Translations under genes and position numbers: made by a program
Assembly (NCBI GenBank): GCA_963730935.1
Contig: CAVSTP010000004.1
Location: 1,184,001-1,248,000, forward strand
Direction: 5' to 3'
Length of the DNA: 64,000 bases
Source of the DNA: an uncultured Nitrospiraceae bacterium
Lineage (GTDB): Bacteria > Nitrospirota > Nitrospiria > Nitrospirales > Nitrospiraceae
The notes under the pieces: generated by a model
The model's database searches: none
What the model was told of the DNA's origin: nothing
Seen by the model: the letters and a program-made list of their open reading frames with translations, nothing else
Shown here: positions 32,112 to 40,716 of the stretch, in pieces
How the letters are laid out: every line of letters begins with the position of its first letter
Numbering within the stretch: position 1 is the stretch's first letter

Positions 32112-33053
32112 ATGACAGGGGACGCTACATATACCCATCTCCGATCACGCTTACACCTTGCCCTCGGATTGAACGCAATCGTCATCGCCGCCGAATTCAT
32201 CGGAGGCCTCGTACTCAATAGCGTCGGATTGATCGGGGACGCCGGCCACAACCTCATCGATCAAGGCGCCTTGTTCGCCGCCCTCTACGCCCACATCTTG
32301 ACGGCGCGCCCTGCCACTGAAGCGCGGACGTTCGGCTATCATCGAGCCGGCATCATCACCGCGTTGCTCAGCTCGTTCGTGTTGCTGTTCACCGCTCTGG
32401 GCATCACAATGATCGGCGTGAAACGCCTGATGTATCCGGTCCCGGTCGATGGTGCTTGGGTCATGGCGATCGCCGCTCTCAGCTTTGCGGCCAATCTCGG
32501 CATCGCGCTGTTGTTGCAGCACGGGGCGAAGGATGACCTCAATATCAGGAGCGCCTTCTGGCACATGCTGGCGGACGCCTGGGTCTCGCTGGGCGTGATC
32601 TTGAGCGGAGGCGCGATCTTATTGACCGGCTGGACCATTCTCGATCCCCTCGTCAGTTTTCTGCTTGTCGCGGCTATTCTACGCGGCGCCTGGCCGATCT
32701 TCCGCGAATCTCTGGAAATCCTGCTTGAATCCACACCGCCGGGCGTCAGTGCCTCGAACATCGCAGGCGCCATTGAAGCGATTCCTGGCGTGGACAACGT
32801 TCATGATCTGCATGTGTGGGCCATCGAGCCGCGGTTGGTGATGCTGACCTGTCACGTTCTGGTCGACGAGAATCATGGCGCCGTTACGAGCGAACTGCTC
32901 AAGAACATCCGCGGGCGAATCGCCGAGGATTTCGGGATTACCCACATCACGATCCAGCTCGAGACGCATTGCGCCCATAAAGATGCGGTGCATTGCGACC
33001 TGACGACCTTGGCGGGCCAACACCGATCCGATCATCTTCACGCCCATCACTAG
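32112..33053 (+). CDS. Cation diffusion facilitator (CzcD/ZitB-like)
   Basis: DAGHNLID (TM2 HxxxD), TFGYHR, HMLAD (TM5), VHDLHVW, HITIQLE, His-rich tail. Confidence 0.93.
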   Translation: MTGDATYTHLRSRLHLALGLNAIVIAAEFIGGLVLNSVGLIGDAGHNLIDQGALFAALYAHILTARPATEARTFGYHRAGIITALLSSFVLLFTALGITMIGVKRLMYPVPVDGAWVMAIAALSFAANLGIALLLQHGAKDDLNIRSAFWHMLADAWVSLGVILSGGAILLTGWTILDPLVSFLLVAAILRGAWPIFRESLEILLESTPPGVSASNIAGAIEAIPGVDNVHDLHVWAIEPRLVMLTCHVLVDENHGAVTSELLKNIRGRIAEDFGITHITIQLETHCAHKDAVHCDLTTLAGQHRSDHLHAHH

Positions 33054-33060
33054 CACGCCC

Positions 33061-34026
33061 ATGGCTCACGCTCCCGTTCCCTTCTACATGCTCTGCGGAT
33101 CGCTCGGGGCGGGAAAAACGACGCTCCTCATGCGGTTGCTGGAACACTGGAAACAACGCGGACTACGCGCGGGCGTCCTCATGAACGAGGCCGGCGAAAT
33201 CAGTATTGACGGGCCTCGGGTCGGCACCATTGCCGAGCAAGTGATGAATCTCGCCGGTGGATGCGTCTGCTGCGACACCAAAGAAGATCTGTCCTGGGGA
33301 ATCGCAGAGCTTGTCCGCGATTATGGGTCTGACCTGATCGTCCTCGAGTGCTCAGGGTTGGCGGACCCGGCCGAGGTCATCGACGGCGTGACAGATCTCT
33401 ACACGGCCAGACTCGCTCAACTGGAACGGGTCATCGCGCTCCTTCACCCTATCGCCGGGACAGAAAGCCCTTCGAGCGTCTTTGTCACGGAACAGGCCAT
33501 CCGCTGCGCCGACGAGTTGATCCTGAACAAGCGGGACCTCTATGTGTCCGGCCACTGGGAACAATTCAAAGCCTCAATCCTCGCACGCAACCCGCACGCG
33601 CGCCTCTGGGAGACCACCCACGTACGCGTTGACCCCGCCGCACTTCTACAGTCCGAGGCCGGAGAGCGGCATGCGGCGACGACCAACGTCGAGTTTGGTG
33701 CGCCACGTTCCACTGCCCGTGCCCTCTATCATCCAATTGCCACGACCGTCCGCTTGGCAGGACCGTTGAACCGCAAGCGCTTCCTTTTGTGGATCCAGAC
33801 CTTACCCAAGGAAGTGGAACGCGCAAAAGGCTTCGTTCGTTTTGTAAAGGAGCCGGAGCTGCACGAATTTCAGTATGCGCCGCCCGCAGAGGCTACGGTC
33901 ACACCTGTGATGTTACTGGACGAACCCGAGAAAGCCATTGTCCTGATCGGCAGAGGGTACGACGTGGATCATTACGGGGCAGAGCTGTCGGCTTGCGTCG
34001 ATGCCATCGGCGATAGCCCGCGCTGA
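33061..34026 (+). CDS. COG0523 (CobW-like) G3E metallochaperone GTPase
   Basis: GSLGAGKTT, NEAGE, GGCVCC, ECSGLADP, NKRD, RAKGF. Confidence 0.92.
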   Translation: MAHAPVPFYMLCGSLGAGKTTLLMRLLEHWKQRGLRAGVLMNEAGEISIDGPRVGTIAEQVMNLAGGCVCCDTKEDLSWGIAELVRDYGSDLIVLECSGLADPAEVIDGVTDLYTARLAQLERVIALLHPIAGTESPSSVFVTEQAIRCADELILNKRDLYVSGHWEQFKASILARNPHARLWETTHVRVDPAALLQSEAGERHAATTNVEFGAPRSTARALYHPIATTVRLAGPLNRKRFLLWIQTLPKEVERAKGFVRFVKEPELHEFQYAPPAEATVTPVMLLDEPEKAIVLIGRGYDVDHYGAELSACVDAIGDSPR

Positions 34027-34550
34027 CGGAACTGAGGCCATTGCAGCAGGAGCCAGGCGATGCCGGCGCCGCAAAGTCCCCCGATCATCCATCCGCCCAG
34101 CACGTCCGTCACGTAATGCGCTCCAATATAGACGCGGGCCCAGCCGACGAGCCCGACGATGGGCCAACTGATCCATCCCGATCGGGGATACAACACCTGT
34201 AAAAAAGCCGCGGCTGTGGCCGTATTGATGGCATGGTTAGAGGGGAAGCTAAACGTCTTGCCGCAGGCCTGCAGCTGATGCAGGTCCGACATGCTCACAC
34301 AAGGCCGCGGACGGGCCACCAGATGTTTGATTTGCGCCCCCAGAAAATCAAAGAGTCCGATGGAGGCCCCCAAGCTGAGCCCGCCGATAACGGCCTCCCG
34401 CGGAGAGAGCCACAGCCAATAGATGCCCAGCAGAATACCCGGAAGCCACAATACGTCGGGATCCGACAAATGGAGAAACCACCAATCCATCCAGGACGAT
34501 TGCCCGGCCAATTCGTTGATCGACCGCGTCAGAAACGCATCCACGCCCAT
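33972..34550 (-). CDS. PAP2-family phosphatase (undecaprenyl-PP phosphatase-like)
   Basis: KHLVARPRP, SFPSNH, ARVYIGAHYVTDV. Confidence 0.9.
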   Translation of the reverse strand: MGVDAFLTRSINELAGQSSWMDWWFLHLSDPDVLWLPGILLGIYWLWLSPREAVIGGLSLGASIGLFDFLGAQIKHLVARPRPCVSMSDLHQLQACGKTFSFPSNHAINTATAAAFLQVLYPRSGWISWPIVGLVGWARVYIGAHYVTDVLGGWMIGGLCGAGIAWLLLQWPQFRQRGLSPMASTQADSSAP

Positions 34551-34623
34551 GGCGCTGACCATATAGGGTCGTCCACGGTTCGTCAACCGGCGCTCGGAAT
34601 TCCGATCCGGTCGATCCCTGAGT

Positions 34624-35052
34624 TCACTTCGTATGGAAATGGATGCGGACGGTCAGCTCACCATCGACAGGCACGTCGCCTTGCATTTGCGGATCGAAGG
34701 TCCATTTTTTGAGCGCCGCGATACCTGAGGCGGTGAGTTCACGATGCCGACAAGGCTCGAGGATCACGACGGTGACCTTGGCATCTTTCGAGACCAGCAT
34801 GCGCGCCTTCATCCAGTCATCGATCACGGTGCCGTCGAGCGCTGGCGGGATGCCTGGCCAAGGAGTGGATTTTGGAACCGGTCCACCTTGCTGGTCCTTG
34901 TTAAGCGGTAGACCGTGAACATGGACTTCCGGGAGCTCAATGATATCTTCCTGGTGGTCGCTTTCATGGGTCGCTTCGTCCCCGACGATCGCAAACGCGT
35001 TCCAAGACTGAACAAGAAGAAGGACAGAAAGTACTCTCATGACAAAGGGCAT
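34624..35052 (-). CDS. Secreted protein with TonB C-terminal-like domain
   Basis: Signal peptide ..WNAFA; C-terminal AALKKWTFDP..GDVPV..VRIHF pattern typical of TonB_C; directly downstream of the TBDR. Confidence 0.7.
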   Translation of the reverse strand: MPFVMRVLSVLLLVQSWNAFAIVGDEATHESDHQEDIIELPEVHVHGLPLNKDQQGGPVPKSTPWPGIPPALDGTVIDDWMKARMLVSKDAKVTVVILEPCRHRELTASGIAALKKWTFDPQMQGDVPVDGELTVRIHFHTK

Positions 35053-35100
35053 ATCCTAGTCACTCTCACGGATAGAATGGTCAAAGGGAACAATCCATAA

Positions 35101-35164
35101 GGCCTCAAGGAAAAGAGGCCCCGAGCCGTACAGCGGTCGTACGTCGAGGCCTATTTCAGCATCA
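35101..35164. repeat. Degenerate remnant of intergenic repeat / hairpin
   Basis: GGCCTC-N8-GAGGCC hairpin; CGTACGTCG and TTTCAGCATC resemble core and right end of the 19007-19120 element. Confidence 0.35.
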
Positions 35165-35166
35165 TA

Positions 35167-37584
35167 CTAGAAAAACCATTGAGCCCGAAAGAAGAACGAC
35201 CGTGGCATCCCCGCATGCGCGACCCCGAGGCCGATGCTACCTTCCCCCGTATTGTAGAAGTACTGATGATCGAGCAAGTTGATGACGTCGAATCCTACTA
35301 ACAGCTTTTGCTGATCCCACGGCAGATTGAACACGTGCGTAATTGAGGCGTTGTAAATGGTCCATGACTCGAAGTGCGAGGAGTTTGTGAACGCATCCTC
35401 GCTGTCCGAAGTCCGTAAGCCCGACCCATAGAGCATTTGGCCGGACACCGTTGTGTTGAATGGAAACCGGTACGCCACAACGGCCGAACTCGTCATCGTT
35501 TGCGAGTGGTCGCAGAACACGCCTCCCGCGGTATTGATATCCGTAATCTCCTTCGTATCCAGCAGGTAATTCCCCGACTGCAATCCGCTCCCCTTGCACC
35601 GGCCCCACGCCACGTTGCCGCGCGCGCTGAGCTCGTCAGTAATCTGTACTTTGAGGGCCCCGTCGATGCCCATTTGATAGCCCCACTGGAACGCGAAAAA
35701 ATTCAACATTGGCGTCGAGCCGAATTGGCCCGCATCGGACTGGAAATGGGTTCGCTTGTAATAGGCCGCCAATTCCAGGGTGGCCCATTTGCTGAGCGCG
35801 TGGTAACTGCCCACCTCAAAATAGTGAGAGCGCTCCGCCCGGGGATTAAATCCGGTTGGATCCTCCGGTTGCGCCGTCGTTCCCTCGAGATTCACTTTGG
35901 TAAACGCGATCTGCTCAACATTCGGCGGCGTGAACAGTCGGCCATAGTAGGCATGAAACACGTTCGCCCGATTCAACTTATAGGTAACGCCGAGGCGTGG
36001 GCTCACCTGCCCTTCATTGTAGAAGCCTTGAATGATGTCCCCCCGCAGGCCGAGGTTCACAGTCAATGCATCAGTCGGGCTCCACTGGTCCTGGATCCAG
36101 AATTCCTCGCGCGTCTGTACGTTGGTATTGGCACCGGTTTGCGAGAGCACCGGTCCCACGGGGAGGCCGGTCCCTGAGTCGACAGCGAAGTCAAACAACT
36201 GGAATTGATTCTGCGCGTGCGTGTACTCGAACTGAAACCCGGTCTTTACGAGATGTTGTCTGTTGGGAACCCACGTATGATCGAGCCTTGTGCCGAGTGC
36301 GTATGCCTTCCGCTCCTGACTTGCTGTCTGCGTGTCATAAGCCAGCGCGTTGAACGGATCGGTAGTGAAGTTCGCATAGGAATTCCGAAGATAGCCGGAC
36401 AGCTGAAAGAAGTTCTCAGCATTCACGTCATGGCGCCAGACGAGGTGGGTGTATTGAGAATTCTCCTTCTGGTTCTGGTTAACGGCCTGAGAAGCCACTG
36501 GTGAGAACGTGGGGTCCTGCGCTTGAAGGAGCGGCAGCGTGTCTCCGTTCACTTCTAACCCCGGGCTAGTCGGAATCTGATACTTCGCCACTGCATTCAA
36601 AAACACCCAACTGAAGCTGTTGCGGTTGTCATGCTGGTAGTCACCCCGCAGATAGGTCTGATTACGCTCGTGCTGATCGTGAAATACCGAATGGCCGAGC
36701 GTGGGCGGTTCGATGCCTCGATTCGTCGTGGTATAGCTGTTCAGGACATAAAATCGAACCTTCTCTCCGATCGTGCCTCCGTACTCGAACGAGGGGTTCA
36801 CTGTCTCGTTGGAGCCGCCAAAAATTTGGGCCGAGCCGAACCCAGGACGGGTTCCGCTCTTGCTGGTAATATCGACCAGAAGTGCGGTCTTGTTGCCGTA
36901 CTGTGCCTCCATGCCGCCGAGGATGATATCAGCCCGCTCCCACATGCGGGGCGACATGACATCGGTGAAGGTTGAGCTGACCCCTTGGGGAATCGGCACC
37001 CCGTCGATCCGGAACTGCTGGTTCGCATGGTCCTGTCGGATGTGGGTCTGTCCCAAGGCACCATAGGCCACACTGGGAACCGTCAGGAGCACGTCGGCCA
37101 CCGTGTTATTGTTGCCCCGTGGAAGAACCTCAACATCCTTTCGGCTTAATTGATAGGTTTCGCTCGAGGCCTTGTATTGGATCGCCGGAAGCGGCGACAC
37201 GATCTCTAAAGCGATCTCCCGCGTCACCGCAAGGGTGAGCGAGACGGGCGAAAGCGGCATTATCCCGATCTTCACCACGACGTATTCGCTCCGGAAGGTG
37301 TCCCGAACGGCACTGATCGAATAGGTGCCAGACTCCGGGACCCTAACGCGGAACTCGCCGGCCTGATTCGTGACCCCCTGAGCTACCATGGTGCCTTCTT
37401 GATCGCGCACCTGCACGATGGCCTGATCCACACGCCGAAGATCCTGATCCTGGACCGTCCCGATAATCGTCTGGGTGAGGTCACTGTCCGCCGCGTAGGT
37501 GAACGAGGCCGGCCCCTGAGGGACGTAGATGCTTCCCACTAACAAGAAGATACCGAATGAACGCGATAACGCTGCCCGCCGCAT
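35167..37584 (-). CDS. TonB-dependent outer-membrane receptor with N-terminal carboxypeptidase-regulatory-like domain
   Basis: Signal peptide, TNQAGEF Ig-like domain, plug (PSV..HIR..IDGVP, GGMEAQYG), SPRLG, AERSHYFE, NLLD, terminal aromatic WFF; start at ATG 37584 behind GGAGG. Confidence 0.92.
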   Translation of the reverse strand: MRRAALSRSFGIFLLVGSIYVPQGPASFTYAADSDLTQTIIGTVQDQDLRRVDQAIVQVRDQEGTMVAQGVTNQAGEFRVRVPESGTYSISAVRDTFRSEYVVVKIGIMPLSPVSLTLAVTREIALEIVSPLPAIQYKASSETYQLSRKDVEVLPRGNNNTVADVLLTVPSVAYGALGQTHIRQDHANQQFRIDGVPIPQGVSSTFTDVMSPRMWERADIILGGMEAQYGNKTALLVDITSKSGTRPGFGSAQIFGGSNETVNPSFEYGGTIGEKVRFYVLNSYTTTNRGIEPPTLGHSVFHDQHERNQTYLRGDYQHDNRNSFSWVFLNAVAKYQIPTSPGLEVNGDTLPLLQAQDPTFSPVASQAVNQNQKENSQYTHLVWRHDVNAENFFQLSGYLRNSYANFTTDPFNALAYDTQTASQERKAYALGTRLDHTWVPNRQHLVKTGFQFEYTHAQNQFQLFDFAVDSGTGLPVGPVLSQTGANTNVQTREEFWIQDQWSPTDALTVNLGLRGDIIQGFYNEGQVSPRLGVTYKLNRANVFHAYYGRLFTPPNVEQIAFTKVNLEGTTAQPEDPTGFNPRAERSHYFEVGSYHALSKWATLELAAYYKRTHFQSDAGQFGSTPMLNFFAFQWGYQMGIDGALKVQITDELSARGNVAWGRCKGSGLQSGNYLLDTKEITDINTAGGVFCDHSQTMTSSAVVAYRFPFNTTVSGQMLYGSGLRTSDSEDAFTNSSHFESWTIYNASITHVFNLPWDQQKLLVGFDVINLLDHQYFYNTGEGSIGLGVAHAGMPRSFFFRAQWFF

Positions 37585-37586
37585 TC

Positions 37587-37665
37587 TCCGCCTCCGAAAA
37601 CTCACCGGCGGACGTCAGCCGGATGAACAAAGTCATCGTCGGACCAACACGGGTCCGATCAATGA
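37587..37665 (-). promoter_or_regulatory. Structured intergenic RNA: long hairpin plus SD-sequestering hairpin
   Basis: mRNA UCAUUGAUCGGACC-cguguu-GGUCCGACGAUGA (37665-37633) and UCCGCC...GGCGGA (37612-37587) overlapping GGAGGCGGAG SD. Confidence 0.6.
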
Positions 37666-37686
37666 GTAAGGCGAAACCTGACGCTG

Positions 37687-37995
37687 TCAGGCATGAGGAG
37701 GTGCGCGAGAAGGACCGATTGAGGGGAATTCGATCGAAAAGAGTTGCGCGGGTGCAGGAGCTTCATGGGAACCGACGAGCTCGAACGTGGAACAGGGGGG
37801 GCCACCAACATCAAGCGAGCCGGACGTATGGTGTTGCACCCATTGGCAGAGGTCGGTATCGGAGTGTTCGTGTCCATCCGTATCAGCCGCAGCCAGCTCA
37901 TGATGGACATCCTGGGCTACTGCAAAAGGAGCCAGTGCCAGCAGAAGCAGGATGAGGCCTACAGAAAGCCCGCGCGTGACGAAAGAATGACTCAT
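37687..37995 (-). CDS. Secreted His-rich leader peptide with C-terminal RAPP arrest motif (DUF2946/CruR-like)
   Basis: MSHSFVTRGLSVGLILLLLALAPFAVA|QDVHHELAAADTDGHEHSDTDLCQWVQHH...SIGPSRAPPHA*. Confidence 0.8.
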   Translation of the reverse strand: MSHSFVTRGLSVGLILLLLALAPFAVAQDVHHELAAADTDGHEHSDTDLCQWVQHHTSGSLDVGGPPCSTFELVGSHEAPAPAQLFSIEFPSIGPSRAPPHA

Positions 37996-38008
37996 GGTGC
38001 GGCCATTG

Positions 38009-38036
38009 ACTATCACAAGGCTCCAAAGCCTGTCAA
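38009..38036 (-). promoter_or_regulatory. Putative sigma70 promoter for leader-TBDR operon
   Basis: TTGACA-16-GATAGT, -10 ending 13 nt before ATG 37995. Confidence 0.55.
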
Positions 38037-38150
38037 AATCAGCGAATAAACGTGCATCTTCCCTGATATTCCCATATGTTATGCACGCCCATGTAGATTT
38101 TTATTGAGGATTTCGTTATGCTACGTGGTTCAAAGCTTAAAAGGCAGGAC

Positions 38151-39209
38151 ATGAATCGACCGATCGACAATCAACACGTCATAGAAATCAAGGCATTGCC
38201 GTCCCCGCGTGCAATCAAGACCAAGCTTCCCATTCCCGATGAAGCCGCAGCGCTTGTCGTGGAAACACGAGAAGCGATCCGCCGAATCCTCCACGGGCAG
38301 GACCGGGAACGGCTACTGGTCATTGTCGGTCCCTGTTCGATCCATGATCCCGAGGCCGCGTACGAGTATGCGTCAAGACTCAAGCCATTGGCCGTTGCGG
38401 TCCGTGACCGGTTGCTGATCGTCATGCGCACCTATTTCGAGAAGCCCAGGACCACGGTGGGATGGAAAGGGCTCATCAACGATCCCCATCTCGACGGCAC
38501 TTGCGACATTGCCACCGGCATGGAATTGGCCAGGACCATTCTCTTAAAGATCAATCAATCCGGCATGCCCTGCGCCACCGAACTGTTGGATCCGATCAGC
38601 CCGCAGTACATTGCCGATCTCATCAGCTGGACCGCTATTGGAGCCAGAACAACGGAAAGTCAGACCCACAGGGAGATGGCAAGCGGTGTGTCGATGCCGG
38701 TCGGCTTCAAAAACGGCACGGAAGGGAGTTTGCACGTGGCCGTGAACGCCATGACATCCGCCCGAACTCCCCATCATTTCGTCGGCATCAATGCCGATGG
38801 GCAAACCTCGATCATCAAAACCATGGGGAATCCGGACCGGCACATCGTGTTGCGAGGAGGCGGGGGCAAGACCAACTACGAGGCGGAGCACGTCGCCAAA
38901 GCCGAAGCGGCCGTCTCAGGAGAAGGGATCGCACGACCGATCATGATCGATTGCTCTCACGACAACTCCAACAAGGATCATACGCGCCAAGGCACGGTCG
39001 CGCGCGAGGTGCTCCGGCAATTCCGCGAAGGCCGTCAATCGATCATGGGCCTGATGCTTGAGAGCAATCTCAACTCCGGCAAACAGACCTGGAAACAGGG
39101 CGTGGCACTTGTCCATGGTGTCTCGATCACCGACGGCTGCCTCGGCTGGAATGATACCGCAGCCCTCTTGAACGAATTGGCTGAGAGCATCGTCACCCGA
39201 CCTGCCTGA
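38151..39209 (+). CDS. Class I DAHP synthase (AroG/F/H type)
   Basis: VGPCSIHD, YFEKPRTTVGWKGLINDP, IGARTTESQTHRE, GFKNGT, DCSHDNS, SITDGC. Confidence 0.95.
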   Translation: MNRPIDNQHVIEIKALPSPRAIKTKLPIPDEAAALVVETREAIRRILHGQDRERLLVIVGPCSIHDPEAAYEYASRLKPLAVAVRDRLLIVMRTYFEKPRTTVGWKGLINDPHLDGTCDIATGMELARTILLKINQSGMPCATELLDPISPQYIADLISWTAIGARTTESQTHREMASGVSMPVGFKNGTEGSLHVAVNAMTSARTPHHFVGINADGQTSIIKTMGNPDRHIVLRGGGGKTNYEAEHVAKAEAAVSGEGIARPIMIDCSHDNSNKDHTRQGTVAREVLRQFREGRQSIMGLMLESNLNSGKQTWKQGVALVHGVSITDGCLGWNDTAALLNELAESIVTRPA

Positions 39210-39252
39210 CCGGTTTCACGGTCTCGTCCGAGGCCGGCCTCAAGCGATCTGC

Positions 39253-40038
39253 ATGCTCATCGATACCCATACCCATCTGGACGACACTCGCTACGATGCG
39301 GACCGCGAAGCGACGATCGAGCGGGCACGCCAGGCAGGGGTGGGTGCATTCGTGACGATCGGGTGCGATCTCGCCACCAGCCGGTCCGCCGTCACGCTCG
39401 CCGATCGCCATCCTGACATCTACGCCTCGATCGGCGTTCACCCGCATGAGGTGAAACACATCAGCGATGGGTGGTACGACGAACTACGCCGCCTCGCCCA
39501 ACATGAGAAGGTGGTGGCATACGGCGAGATCGGACTCGATTATCACTATAATCACTCGGCGCCCAAGGAGCAGCGCGAGCGGTTTCGCGAACAAGTTCAG
39601 CTGGCACGCGAACTCCGCCTTCCCGTCATCATTCACACGAGAGAGGCGCAGGAAGATACGATCAACATCCTCAAGGAAGAAAAGGCGTCAGAAGTCGGCG
39701 GAGTCTTCCACTGCTTTTCGGGAGACACCTGGCTGGCGAAGGATGCATTGGATTTGGGATTCTACCTTTCCTTTTCCGGAATTCTGACGTTCAACAACGC
39801 GACGATGCTGCGGGAGATCGCCAAACAGACGCCGCTGGATCGCGTGCTTATTGAGACCGACTGCCCTTACCTCACACCGGTTCCCCACCGTGGCAAACGC
39901 AACGAGCCGGCCTTCGTCTCGCACGTCGCCAAACAGCTCGCCGACATCCATTCTGACCTTTCGTTGGCACAGATCGAACAAGCCACGACAGACAATGCCC
40001 ACCGCCTATTCAGCAAGATGCGTGAGCGTACTGCCTAG
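39253..40038 (+). CDS. tatD: TatD-family DNase
   Basis: IDTHTHL, GVHP, GEIGLDY, IIHTRE, HCFSG, ETDCPYL. Confidence 0.93.
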   Translation: MLIDTHTHLDDTRYDADREATIERARQAGVGAFVTIGCDLATSRSAVTLADRHPDIYASIGVHPHEVKHISDGWYDELRRLAQHEKVVAYGEIGLDYHYNHSAPKEQRERFREQVQLARELRLPVIIHTREAQEDTINILKEEKASEVGGVFHCFSGDTWLAKDALDLGFYLSFSGILTFNNATMLREIAKQTPLDRVLIETDCPYLTPVPHRGKRNEPAFVSHVAKQLADIHSDLSLAQIEQATTDNAHRLFSKMRERTA

Positions 40039-40059
40039 TCGGCACGGGCTCGCGCGTGC

Positions 40060-40581
40060 CTAGAATCGCTTAAGCTGTCGGCCGCGGCGGCGAAGCGCCT
40101 TGGGAAGTTTTCGAGGATTGCCTTTCTTCTCCGGCCCGCGCCGGGGTGCCAAATCTTCATCCACGGCCAATTCCTTGTGGGGCATCGGACCTTGCGAGAA
40201 GGACTTCACTTGGAGTTTCTGGGCAAACTCCGGCGCCCTCATGATCAACGCTCCTTGTGCCTGCGCCGCGCGGATCACTTCGTGATCGGACGTCACGACC
40301 GCGCACGCCGCTCCATATTCCTGCGCCAGCCGCTCGATCACCTGGTCGGCCTTCTCGCCCCGCTTTGAATAGATCACCTGGACACCGGCGCGGTGCTCAC
40401 GTCCTTCGAGCGACTGTCCCCGTTGCCATCCGTCAAAGACAACGGTCAGCGCATGACCCTTCCGATGTCGATAGCCCGCCAGCAGTCGCAGCACGGATTC
40501 CCGCGCCATTTCGGAGAACGGATTTGCACCGGACCAGCTCATTAGGGCCAACAGGTTGTAGCCGTCAATAATCACGTGCAT
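40060..40581 (-). CDS. NYN-domain ribonuclease (YacP/Rae1-like)
   Basis: IIDGYNL, VVFDG, ADQVIE, VVTSD. Confidence 0.88.
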   Translation of the reverse strand: MHVIIDGYNLLALMSWSGANPFSEMARESVLRLLAGYRHRKGHALTVVFDGWQRGQSLEGREHRAGVQVIYSKRGEKADQVIERLAQEYGAACAVVTSDHEVIRAAQAQGALIMRAPEFAQKLQVKSFSQGPMPHKELAVDEDLAPRRGPEKKGNPRKLPKALRRRGRQLKRF

Positions 40582-40716
40582 GACGATGAGAAACCCTACG
40601 CGAGGCGATAGGTGCTGTCAACCGACCCACAGGCACCGTTCAAAACTCCGCTCCCCTTGACAACCCTCGGGACATCTGAGAGATAGATATATCTTCTGCC
40701 GTCCCCGTGGAAACCC

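Noticed and set aside
38070..38125. Possible Zur box (ATGTTATG; GTTATGC twice)
   Set aside because: Only half-site similarity and no dyad symmetry; the second copy could simply be a -10 element
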